Part shown: piece after piece, positions 45,837-58,136 of the stretch
Position numbering within the stretch: the first letter of the stretch is position 1
Layout of the letters: the number at the start of each line of letters is the position of its first letter
Assembly (NCBI GenBank): GCA_043228905.1
Contig: JBHGNT010000009.1
Span: 10,664,001 to 10,728,000, forward strand
Origin: Azolla caroliniana
Lineage: Eukaryota; Plantae; Polypodiophyta
Direction of reading: 5' to 3'
DNA: 64,000 bases
Program-made: the position numbers and the translations under genes
The notes under the pieces: model-generated
Told to the model about the DNA's origin: nothing
The model's database searches: none
What the model saw: only the letters and a program-made list of their open reading frames with translations

Positions 45837-48800
45837 AAGTGAAATTTTGTATCCCAGTCTATGTAGTTGTTGTTGACGATTTTCCTTAAGATATTGTGGA
45901 ATGTCTTGTTCGTCAACTCCACTAGGTTGTTCGCATGTGGATAGTAAGGGGTGATTTTCTTATATATGACAACGTAGTGGTCCATGAACTCTTGTACCAC
46001 CTTGTTGATAAAGTGTCTACCTTAGTCCCTGATCAGTTTGATTGGGCAATTGAATCGACAACAGATGTTTTCGTACAAAAATTTGGCTGCCGTATTGTAG
46101 TGCAAGCCTTTTACTTCCACCCATTTCGTATAGTAGTAATTCACGACGAAGATATATTTGTTGCTGGTTCATGCCATGCCCGATTTGAAAGATTCGACAA
46201 AATTGAGACCCCATTTTTGAAATGGTTATAAGGGCATAACCAATTGGTGCAGCATGCGGGCTTGTTTGGACGGCTGGCCCATTCGTTGACATAAATCACA
46301 TTCACGACAATACTTTACCACGTCCTTTTGTGTTATTAGCCACCATAAGCCGCTCTACCATACCTTATGGGCTGTCGTATCCCCTACGTAATGCTCGCCG
46401 GCTACGCTGCAGTGTGCTTCTCACAACATTGTTGGCTTTTCGTCACTCAAGACGTATCGCTGCCAAATGCCGTCTGCCCCTTTATGATACAAAATGTCTT
46501 TGAGCAAGCAACAATTTCGACTTTTCACAGCTAGACGTTTCTTCTCGTCCTTCCACATATTTTCTGGTGGCAATCCCATGGTGAGGAAGCATAACATCTC
46601 ATGTAGCCACTTATCCTCAGGTGACGGATTGATGTTGTCCAAATTGACTGCTATAATGTGAAGCAAATGGCCATCTGGGAAATCTTCCTTAATTCCATTG
46701 CATGGTTTGTTTGATTTGAGTCGACTTAGGTAGTCCGCCATGACATGTTGTGATCTTGGTCTATGATGAACGTCGAATTTGAATTCTTGGAGCAACAACA
46801 TCCATCAGGCCAACTTGCCCATTAATGATTGTTTTGTTACCAAGTAGAGCATCGCCACATGGTCCACCTGGTAGCTAAATTTTCAGCCTAGTAGGTAATG
46901 TCAAAACTTGTTTACACTATATATCATACCTAGGGCTTCCTGTTCGGTCATGGAATAGTTCCTTTCGGTGGTCAAGATCTTCTAGCTTGCATCGTACATT
47001 GGCCGATACCAATTTGGCTCTGTCAACTACATGAGAGCGCTACTGATCGCTATGGAAAATGTGTCGACAAATACATGGAATTGTTTTGTCCAATCCGGTG
47101 GTTGGACAATTGTACCTGCGACAACATGACTTTCAAGTCCTGATACATCTCCTCTTCTATGTTCGTCCATGTGAATGGTGCTTGATGGACAGTTGCATGT
47201 AGTGGTGTAGCAAAATGGGCGAGGTACTGGATCATTCGATTGTGCCATCGGATTTGTCCTGGGAATTGGCTGAGTGCTTTTGCATTCTTTGATGCTGGTG
47301 CGTCAATTATGGCATTTACTTTTTCGGGGTCGACAACAATTCCTTCCTAGCTCATGATATGTCTGAGTAGTGTGGCGCTGGTCACCCAGAACACACACTT
47401 TGCCGGATTCACGCTTAACTATGCACATAATCGGAGGTGACTTAAATGCTCCATTTTCTTACTATACATCGTGAAGTCGTCCAGGAATACCTGCATGAAT
47501 GCCGCGATATATTTGCTGATTATGTGTTGGAAGATCACTGACGCGGTTTTTAACCCGAACATCGTCACAATGGCTATGATGATGCATCCGGATTTGGTTG
47601 TGGCGACTAAAACCATCCAAAAAACTATATACCTCATGGCCTACCACCGCATCCAGTACCCTGTTCGTAAAGTGGAGCGGAAATGTGTTTGTTACGGTAG
47701 CAACATTCTTGTAGTTGACGCATACCCGAATTTTGTTGAGAACACGACGTTCCTTATGTCCGACGCTCGGCCACAACCGAGATTCTTTTCATACACAGAA
47801 AAAAACAGGTAATGAAACGCTACACAAAGGGGAGAAATGGTACACAGGAGGTTTATGTGGAAAACCCCAAAATAGGAGAAAAAAAAAAACCACGGCAGCC
47901 CACAGGCTGCAAACTGTCACTATGTAGGAATATACAACAGTGAGTTCACTGAGGCAACGACCTCGTGCTCTCGGATCTTCGCCACAGGCGGCGGTTACAA
48001 CAGAGGCAACAACCTCGTCTCTCTCTCTCTCTCTCTTGCACCAACAAGGAAGAATGACAACAAAAAAAACGACAACAATAAAAAAGTTTGCCCCGCCCTA
48101 AGTCATATTTATACTGATATGACTTTTCGGCTATTTACAAATGTAGCCTCGATGGGCTCTCAGAAACATATTTACGAATATGTCTCTTCCTCCGGTTCAT
48201 ACCGGGCCTACACCATCCGGCTCTCCGCAGTTGGGTACTCCCGATCCGGTTCATACCGTTTCGGCCTCGGCCGAGTTTGTTCGTCGGCACTGTTCTTCTC
48301 CCTTCCCATCCGGAGGGACCTGTCTCCCAACAAATTTTTCTATTCTTCTTCGCTCAGCCATGTGACCTACTTGACTGGCCGAATGAAGTAGAATTTGAAT
48401 AATTTATTGATCTCCTTCTTCACTTTGACTACGTAATTCGGGTTCATCCGATAATGCCACTGTTGTACCGGTTTGGTGTCCTTGCTTTGATCTATATGGT
48501 GCTGATAAAACTTGGGGTCAAGCCCCTTTATGTCTTCGTGTGACCATGCAAATATGTCTTTGTAATATTTTAGGAGTGTGATCATTTCCACTTTGTCGGC
48601 CAACTCTAATCCTTTTGCTATGCTTACCGGCCACAGATCGCCAATCATTCCTAAGTTAACCTCCTCTAAGGTCGACGCCTTCACGCACCGGGATATGTCC
48701 ATTTCCTGTTCTAATGCCTCTCGGGCATGGCACAATTCTTCCATGGCTTTCAGGTCCAGCTCCTGTAAGTCTTCTTCCATCTCGGTGTCCCTCTTGGACA

Positions 48801-49400
48801 CATACAGGCTGATCGCTTCGATCACATTGATTTCGAACAACGATACTAGTTTCGGGTTCTCTTCTAAATATCAATTGACCTCTTTGTCTGCCAATCCCTC
48901 GAGCATGTGAACCCCTTCCGCGTAAAGCAATGTCATCCCCTTCTTCTTCACGATACGTTCCTGGGTCGGCACGTGGATCTTGGTTCGTCCTCTTCGGAAG
49001 CTGATCATGTTCTTCTGTCAATTTTGCTTTATATTTGTTGTACGAAGCCACGATTGATCGAGTAGAAGTGGATATTCCCCAAGGTGCATCTAACTGCGAC
49101 TGCCGAAATTCCAAACAAATGTCTGTTGATTATGATCTCTAAATTTCCGGTCAGTCTGAGAGGTTGAATGGAGCTCATGTCAGCCATTCGAAGCTAGAAT
49201 GGGCAAACCTCCCATTGTTCGATGTTAGGACGATTGCAAGTGGCATTGCTGATTACGTTCACGCTTGAGCCACCATCAATGATGCTTCCGAATACCTCTT
49301 GACCCTTGACTATAAATTTCACAACTGGATTTTACTCGTCTAGCAATATCAGCCCTTCATGTTGTTAATCCTTGGCTGGACAAGCCACTAACACAGGGTG
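45837..49400 (-). mobile_element. degenerate non-chromovirus Ty3/gypsy pol (protease-RT-RNaseH-integrase)
   Basis: IIDGGSSVN protease region ~49260; DIFAWSHED..GLDP; YSFLDGFSRHNQI; QVFLDDF; LLLQEFKFDVHHRP; TPYYPHANNLVE; many stops and frameshifts; integrase truncated near 45837. Confidence 0.88.
47734..48332 (-). mobile_element. solo LTR of the copia A/C family, inserted in gypsy RT
   Basis: TGTTG...CCAACA ends; 5-bp TSD AATTT (47729-47733, 48333-48337); removing it restores KKNRK|IRVCVNYK; similar to LTR 3895-4521. Confidence 0.92.
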
Positions 49401-49836
49401 TCCCTCTGGAACACTTCACCAAAGGGGTGGTACGGTAAGGAATGTGCAGACTGTAACACCAAACCGATCCTTCTTGGTTACTATCCAGAATGATTAACTT
49501 GATACACGCATCTGATAATCACATTAAGCACAGAACGACATTAACAAGATAAAGAATACGTAAAGCCACAACACTTCTCTATTAATTATCTATTGTTAAT
49601 TACATCGTCTCTGGATCCTTTTATAGGTATCCGACTGTGTTACAAACCGGTGCCAACCGGCAACCGGCTATGAACTGGTCTAGATCTGGATCGGCATACC
49701 GATTCCGGGTCCGTTTGTCCGATCTTATAATTATCATAATTTATCTAATTAAAACTCCCAAAACCGGCTCCCCGTTCATACTCTGGCCTAACTGGCCAAC
49801 ACATGACACGCCCGTGGGACAATACATTGTATGTCG

Positions 49837-49925
49837 TGTTGGGGACAAGGCTGTCAATGCGGAAGTGCAAGCAACATTCTGTTTGAAGAAGAACCTGTGG
49901 ATGCGCATAAGCAAGATAGACACAC

Positions 49926-49963
<38 letters not shown>

Positions 49964-52900
49964 GCACAAACAAATCGTTATATTCCAATAGCAACAGTTA
50001 CAAAGAATGACAACCAATAACCTTTTCTAAAGGTTACAAAGTCACTTTATATAGTGATTGTCTGAGGGCAACTTCCCTTTATGCTATTTACAGAAATAGC
50101 CCAAACTTGGGCTGTCCAAAGGGACAGTGTGAATACGGCCATTATACACTCGTATTCGACACTCCCCCGTATTGGGCGTATACATGGGTTATCTAAAAAA
50201 TTACAGGTATATACAAGGTTTATTGGACAAATCGGTTTTGCTAGAGTCAGCAAGATCCGAAGACAGAAGACCGAACCGGTCGGGTCGGAAGAGCTGAAGC
50301 CGATCCTCAAAGAACTGACGTCGGTGGTCCGAAACCATCCTGTGCTGTGTGTTCGACTTTAACCAGACCGAATTTTCATTACGCCCATTTGGTGCCGAAG
50401 GGACCGGAAACAATCCGCTGAAAGACAGTTGGTCATTCCATATGCGACATTATCGGTTGTGGATATCTTCTCTAAGACCGATTTTCCCTGAAATGATGCA
50501 GTCCTGAACAAAGTGATATCGAACGTTGATATGCTTGGAGGCGTTGTGGTGAACCTGATTCTTTGACAAAGCAACAACACCCTGACTGTCGCTGTAGACA
50601 ACTGGAGGAGGTCGACTTGTCGAAACGTGTGCGCCAGCCGACCGAGCCATAAAGCTTCTTTTGCCGCGTCGGACACAACTACATATTCCGCTTCGATCGT
50701 TGAGGTGGCTGTGCACTCTTGAAGTTTCGATTTCCACGAGATTGCTCCATTGCCAAATTTGAAACAATATCCGGTTGTTGATTTCTGACTTTCCACGCAG
50801 CCGACAAAGTCCGAGTCGGTGTAACCGACTACACCTGAGGTTGAGTTCGAGCCGAAAAGAATGCCGGTGCATACGGTACCGAACTCATATCTTCCCCCTC
50901 TGAACCGGATGTCGGGCAGTCTCACTGAGACAGCCGGAGGTTAATGGGGAGTGGGGTCGAAGTAGACTTGGCCGAGTGCATGTTGAAGCGTTCCAAGACA
51001 TGTCCGATGTAGTCGGTTTGAGACAAGAAAAGTTGTCGTTTATCGCGATGCCAACTAATCTTCATACCAAGTATATGTCTTGTCGGACCGAGGTCCTTCA
51101 TGGCAAACTTCAACCGCAGTTTCCAAACGAGTTCGGTGAGCTCTCCAACATGCCGACCGGAGAGTAGCATGTCGTCCACGTAGATGATGAGGAAGACGAG
51201 AGACCCATCTTGAGCTGTTTTGGTGAAGAGACAGTGGCCTTCATCGCTCTTTGAGATGCCGATCGATTGGATGAAGTCGTCGAACTTCTTGTACCACTAT
51301 CGGGGTGCTTGTTTCAGGCCGTAGAGACTCTTCCTGAGTCGGCAGACTAGATGTTCCTGGCTGGATGCCACAAAGCTTTTCGGCTGCTCCATATATATTT
51401 CCTCCTATAGGTCACCATGGAGGAATGCCGTTTTTACATCTAGCTGAATCAGTCCAAGTTGTCGGCGGCCACGACGCCGAGCATGAAACGAAGGGTCGTC
51501 ATTTTCACCACTGGTGAAAAGATTTCGTCGAAGTCGATGCCATATTCTTGTCTAAGCCCCTTCGCAACTAATCTGGCCTTGTACTTTGGGTTGGTCGAGT
51601 CAGACGTCTCTTTTAGTTGATAGACCCACTTACATGGAAGAGCACATCGATTCATCGGTAATTCGACCAAGTCCCAAGTCTTGTTTGCCCGAATGGAGTG
51701 CATTTCCAACTCCATCGCCAGATGCCATGTGGCTGAATCGGCAGATGCCAATGCTTCTTCGTAAGACGTCGGTTCGCCAACGTTAGTAAAGAAAATTCCG
51801 GGAGAGTACCTCTCCGGAGGTTGCGATAGTCTCTCGGATCTGCGAGGTATGACTGGACTAGTCGCACCGGGTGTCGATGTCGGATGGTCGGGAGCCGAGC
51901 CATTCGGCTGTGCCGAATCGGAGGATTCAGTGCGAGAGTTGTTGGTTACCCGTGAAATTGATCTTGTGTTGTGGGCTGGACCGTCATGAAGGGTTGACAC
52001 TTCGGAAAATATTACCCTTCGGCCTTCAATAGGCCTTTCAGCTGTTTTATGCATAGCCGATTCATTGAACACGACGTCTGAACTTCGGATGATTTGTCTG
52101 TGCTCGGGGTCCCAGAGTCGGTATCCGATCTCGCCGTCGGGTCCATATCCAAGGAAAACGCATTTCCTTGATCTTGGTTCGAGTTTCCGGCGATTGTCTT
52201 TCGGTATGAAGGTGTATGCCTCGCAATCAAAGATCCTCAACTTGTCATAATTCAACTTATTGTTGGTCCATATTTCCTGAGGTATTTGAAGTCCTAGAGG
52301 TCGACTTGGCGACATATTTATTATGTGTACTGCCGTAAGTAGAGCCTCCGCCCAGAAGCCATCCGACAGTCCGGAGTGTTGGAGCATCGATACTATGCGT
52401 TCTTGAATCGTCAGATTCATGTGTTTAACAATTCCGTTCTGCTTCGGACTATAGGGTGCCGTATATTCACGTCGAATGCCGCGTTCCCGACGGAATTTGA
52501 CGAAATCTTCAGACTTGAATTCTCCTCCATTGTCGGTTCGGAGACATTTCAGTTTCCGACCGGTCTGATTTTCGACAATTGCAAGCCATTCGGAGAAGAT
52601 CGAGAACACCTGATCTTTGGTTCTAATGGGGTAAGCCCACACCTTCCGAGTCGAGTCTTTAATAAAACTCACGAAGTACAAAGCACCACCGAGAGACTGA
52701 TGTGGCATCAGGCCACAGACGTCAGAGTGGACCAAATCGAGTGGGCTCGATTCTGTTGGTGCTGATGTCGGGTGTGATGTGGCTACCTGTTTGCCGTACT
52801 GGCAATGCTCACAGAATTGGCGATCCGAGAAGGAGAGCTTGGGGATGTAAGCGGCTCTGGATAGGTGTGTTATGCCGGCCTTGCTGAGGTGTCCAAGTCG

Positions 52901-55196
52901 TCCGTGCCATAACGATGACACGAGGATATCAACCAAAAATAGGTCACCCTCTTTGAGTGTGACATATAAAGGGTACAAGGAATGTACCTTTGGTCCTTGA
53001 GCAAGTAGGAGGTTCCCTTTGTGGAGTGTCCACCCTCTTGATTAGAATCCGGCACAGATGCCGACTTGGTCAAGCTGTCCGACTGAGATCAAGGGTCTTG
53101 AGAGCTCAGGAACGTGTTGGACGTTGTGTAGTACGAGTGTAGAGCCACTCGGAAGGTTGAGCTCTACGGTGTCAATTCCGATTATAGCATAGTGGTGCGA
53201 GTTTCCGACTCGAATTGAGTCGGAGTGCCGGTCCGAGTATTGCCGAAACTGAGATCGGTGAGGTGTTGCATGATACGATGCACCCGAGTCTAGGAGCCAT
53301 GTGCTCGATTTCTCAGTCGTAAGCAGAACTTCTGATTTAATTGGGTTCTCTATGGACAATATGTTCGGGTCGGTTGTCAAAATTTCGGCTGAAGAGCCGA
53401 CGTAGTTGACCTCCTCATGCCGGCTACTCTTCTGATCCGCTCTCTGAGCTTTGTTGGTTTTTTCTTTGAGTGCCCGACAGTTGGTTTTGATGTGTCCCGG
53501 TTTCTTGCAGTAGTTACAGATTCGGTTGTCCCGAGACTTGCTCCGGCTTCGCTGATTGTTCGGCGGTCGGGAAGAGCTTCTTCCCCGGTTGTTCGATTGG
53601 TCGGTTGAACCTTGTACGACGTAAGCTTCATCTGCCGAGTCTTTGGCGAAAGACTTTCTCTGACTTGCTTCAGTCAGGATTGCGCTCGTGATTTCGGAGT
53701 ACTTAACGGTAGTTGTTGAAGCATTGCACATGGTTGTAACGAAAGTTTCCCATGAAGAGGGGAGACTACTCATGAGTATCATTACTCTGAGTTCATCCTC
53801 GATTTCCGTCCCCTGCGACGAGATTTGGGAGCTTATGCTTTCGTACTCGTTGAGGTGTGCTTGAACCGAATCAGATTCTTTCATCTGCAAGTTGTAGAGG
53901 CGCTGGATCAGATACATCTTCGTTGCCGCGACCTTCTTTTCATACGTTTCTGACAATGTTTTCCAAAGTTCAAAAGCAATCGTGCATGACTGCACTGTGA
54001 AGTACACTGACTCCGACAAGTGCATCCGAATCGTGGCGCGGACAACTCGGTCCAGATTTAGCCACTCGTTTGCCTTGTATGCTTCTGGAGGATTTTCATT
54101 CTCAATCGGGTCTCTCTGACCCTTGACTATGAGATAGTCCTGCATTTGTTCCTTCTAGAAGTTGAAGTTCGAACTGTCGAACCTCCTTAGACTCATCTCC
54201 GATGAGCCAGATGTTGATGCCATCTGCTTCGGTTTCGGTTGGTAAGACTCGGTTCGGAGTTGACTATGAACCTTAATGGGGTGCAACCGGTCGGTTTTGA
54301 ACCCGAGTCAGTTTGGTTTCGGATACTTGTTGCTGAACTTGCTCGGAGTGACTCCGGTAACTTGAGGGACAAAACCGGCTGGTCTTCCCGAATGATGCCG
54401 AGTCGGAGTGAGCCCGGTTAATTTCCGATTGTATGCCGAATACCGATTACAAGAAACCGATTGTTTGGGCCGATTCTGCTTCATGTGACTGTAGCGATGA
54501 GAGGGACAGATCCAACTGATCCTCCTGAATGTTGATCAGCCGAATGAAGCACGAATTTGGTTGTTGCTAGGGGACCAATCTGCAGCAGGTGGTTACAACA
54601 AGCCAGTGAATAGCGTCTAGTGACCTATTCGGATGTCGTTTAACCGAATGAAGCACGATTGGGTCGGTTGTTGCTCAAGGAGCTCCCCTCAAGCAGTTAC
54701 AATCACAGGAACAGAGTACAACTAACTGGCTTACTCCAATTTGTGATTTAACATAGTGAGATGCGAGCTTTTTGTTTTTCTTCTCCCTTCTCTGTTCTTC
54801 AAAGAAAACGAAAACGGAATGTTGTGTGGTGTACTATGAAGGCCGGCAACGGGTTGAAGAAACTCCAACACTCTGATACCAAATGTTGGGGACAAGGCCG
54901 TCAATGCGGAAGTGCAAGCAACATTTTGTTTGAAGAAGAACCTGTGTATGCGCATAAGCAAGATAGACACAGAGAGAGAGAGAGAGAGAGAGAGATAGGC
55001 ACAAACAAATCGTTATATTCCAATAGCAACAGTTACAAAGAATGACAACCAACAACCTTTTCTAAAGGTTACAAAGTCACTTTATATAGTGACTGTCCTA
55101 GGGAAATTGCCCTTTATGCTATTTACAGAAATAGCCCAAACTTGGGTTGTCCAAAGGGATAGTGTGAATACGGCCATTATACACTCGTATTCGACA
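49837..55196 (-). mobile_element. Ty1/copia element D with both LTRs and a disrupted coding region
   Basis: LTRs 49837-50161 and 54884-55196 (TGTTGGGG...TCGACA); TSD TGTCG / CGTCG; PBS 54870-54881; PPT complement ctcccccg from 50162; gag-PR 53042-54145, INT-RT 51449-52978, RT/RNaseH pieces 50359-51179. Confidence 0.95.
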
Positions 55197-55297
55197 CGTC
55201 GAACCCATGGTTAGCCCCTTCATTCATCCTCCAAAAAGTCCAAAATGCTCTGGTCCAAGGGTTCCAACGGTTCATCGGGTAGTTGCTCCATCAACTG

Positions 55298-58136
55298 CTA
55301 TTGTTGCTCCTCCTGTTGTAGTTGGTCTCCGGCTTGCTCTTTCTCTTCGGCTCTATCCGTTTCCGGCTCTATTGGTTTCGGAGATTCTGGCTCCGGGTCC
55401 TCCGTCCTTGGCTCCTCCTCTTGCTGCACTGGGGCTTTGTTTGGCTCCTTTGGTCTGACTTCTTCCGGTTGTTCTACTCGGGCTTCGTTTGGCTGGCCTC
55501 CTCTGGTCCCGACTAGATTCGGTGGCTGCTCTAGAGATTGCTCTCCGTCACTGATGTTAATTGTCGCCGACATTTGCGATGGTATCTGCCGTCTTCGCTC
55601 CTGTTCGTATCGCTCGAACTGGAGTTGAGTGCCAAGCTGGTCATCATCCAATTGTTCTACTAGCCGCCTTACAACCGCCAATTGGTCCCCTACCAGGGAA
55701 AAGAAATTGTCCAACAACTCCTCCAGGATGGTTACAATGCTCTCCGCATCCATCTTGTATAAGTTGTCACAGTCATTTCTCCGGTTTTCCGCATCCGCTC
55801 GCAACGTCTGTAATTCCGCCGCCTGTTGTGCCCATTTTGACCACCATTGCATTGAGCTTTCACCAATCATACTCTTTGTCCTTTCTTTCCATGCTAGCAC
55901 AATGGCACGGATCCAGTTGAGCCCCATCTTGGATTTGTCCTCCGCAACCTGCTTTTCCTTCTTTAACTTCTTTATCAGGCCCGCGATTGCCTGTGCTTGC
56001 ACCTCAATCCCAGCAATCGGGTTTGATACATTGTCTGCCTATTCAGAGTGAATTTTGCTCGTTCCATCTCGTCATAGTGTTGTCCGGTAAGCACAGTCCT
56101 TTCTCTTGCCGCTTCCTCTAGCAGCTTTGTCAATTCCATTGCCTTCGTTCGTTCTTCCGACAACACCTCCGTTTTTTGGTTACTTCAATCCAGAGTTCTC
56201 TTATCTTCTCCTGTTGCCGCTCACATTCCGTCATCAACTTCTTGTGCTCTGCTTCCAAGTGTTTGTGATCCAAGTGCAATCTTTCAAAGTCCTTGGTCTT
56301 TTGATTTTACTTTTGGTTTATTTGGCATCGGGCGTGGTCTTCTTGGTCTTTCTATTGCTGGAGTTCTTCTTTGAGCCACTCGATTTCGGTTTCCGCCGAT
56401 CGCCGGAGCTTATCCTTCTGTTGTAGTAGCTTCTCCTTTTCTTCCTTCAACCGGTCATTTAATTGGCAGCTTTTCCGGAGGTTTTCTTCGATTCTTCGTT
56501 TCTCGTCCTCTGTTGCCTTCTTCTGCTCTCGTTGTCTAGCCCTCAGGGATTCCTAGGCTTCTATCTCCTCCTTGAGAGTGGAGAGTTCTTGCTCCCGTGT
56601 AAAAATTGTGTACGGTGCTATAGGAGCTATTAGCGTGTTATTTATCTATTCAATCACCGGTACCACCGGTTTTGGTCCTGTCGGCGCATCGGCTTTGGCC
56701 TTCTCAACTTCTTCCTCCATGCTCCGAATCCTTGACTGGGCCTTCTCGAGTTCTTCGGTTGTGGTGAACAACCGATCTCGTTGTGCTCTCTCTTCCGCTT
56801 CCATTTGTCTTACAACCCCAACCACCTGCTCTCGGATCCATCACAACCATTGACTGCCGGTGCCTTGTTGCCTTGCTGGTTTCAGTTGCGGTGTTGCCTC
56901 TGCTCTCGGCACAAACCCTTGTTGTATTGTTGTCTCTAGTGGCAACTCCTTCTCTTGCTGTGCCTGTCAACCCGGTGAGATTGGTACTTCTATTACCATT
57001 ATTGGCCGAACAGGCTCAGTTTCCTTCCTTGGCTTTGGTCCCTCGGAGCGGGGTGTCGGTGTGCTGTCCTTTACCAGACCCGATTTATCCCCGTTCTGCT
57101 CTGCGTCGCTTCTCTTCTGGCGATGTAGGAGAGTGTTGGTGGGTTCTTCCTCTACCTCCTGCTCTTGGATTCCCATGTTTATCCCTTGAGCGAAGTTAGG
57201 TGGCTCTTGCTCTTGCCTGCACAATTTGATTGTAAGAGGCCTAATGAGTTGCTCTACCGGTGCCTCTGTCTCTGCCTGCCGCTTCCGACTAGGTTGCTCC
57301 TTTTCTTTCTGTGATGAACCTCTCTCTGTCCAACTGGGAGTGTGCTTGGCAAGGAGTTGTTGCCACTTCGAGGGCTTGTTTGGCGTCGTATCGGCCGTTC
57401 GGCCCCGCTTCTTTGCCTTTAATATCGGCACCGACGGTACCAAGAGAGTGAGCCATTGAGCCACTGATGTCCACACCTTCTTACCGTCTATCACTGATTG
57501 TATGGCTACTCACAAACAATCAACGATGATTACCGGATAATCCACCTTTACCCCTTCGTATGTGGCGATGATGTATCCGGCTTTGTTCTTTGGCATTGCC
57601 AGGGGTCGGGGGTGCACGAACCCATACTCGTGGAGCACACGAGCTACTTCTCAAAACAAGGCGTCGTCGCCACCTTGTGTCCAGTACGCTTTGTTGGCTA
57701 GGGAGTACTCTCCGATGAACTTCGTCAGCGTCTCTGGGAAAGGATTCTCAATGGAGTAGATCCCTCCCTCCGGCAATCCGATTAAGGCCTGGATGACCTC
57801 CTCCGTGATTACTTCTAGGTCGATCTTCTTCTTGACCTTTTCCGCTTCTTTGTGTGGAGGTGCCTCTGCTATCCATAGGAAGCCCTCCAAGCCATGTTGA
57901 GTGAACCATTTCTTGGCAGTCTCGGAAAGCGCCATGGGCTCCAACGTGACCTCTATTGCGGTGGTGTTGGGGAGCTTTGGTGTGCCTATGGTAGATTCTT
58001 GCGTTCGCGTAATCACCTGTATCCACCTCTGTGTGCTAAGTGCTCTCTGTTCACAAAATGAGAGAGACTCTGTTATGCGCAGGTTTTGTGTTCCCATCTT
58101 TGCCACCTTTTCTCGATTCCCGCGCATGCACGTCAT
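55298..58136 (-). pseudogene. extra (ORF3-position) retrotransposon gene: conserved-looking N-terminal domain, low-complexity linker and long coiled coil
   Basis: Same-strand ORF pieces 57651-58136 and 56967-57494 (one frame, broken by stops), 55975-56166 and 55298-56002; lies downstream of integrase and is separated from it by a non-coding spacer at ~58140-58400. Confidence 0.65.

Noticed and set aside
49452-49643. Small element with 8-bp inverted ends TGTAACAC/GTGTTACA
   Set aside because: No TSD; better explained as part of the LTR-like 49452-49808.
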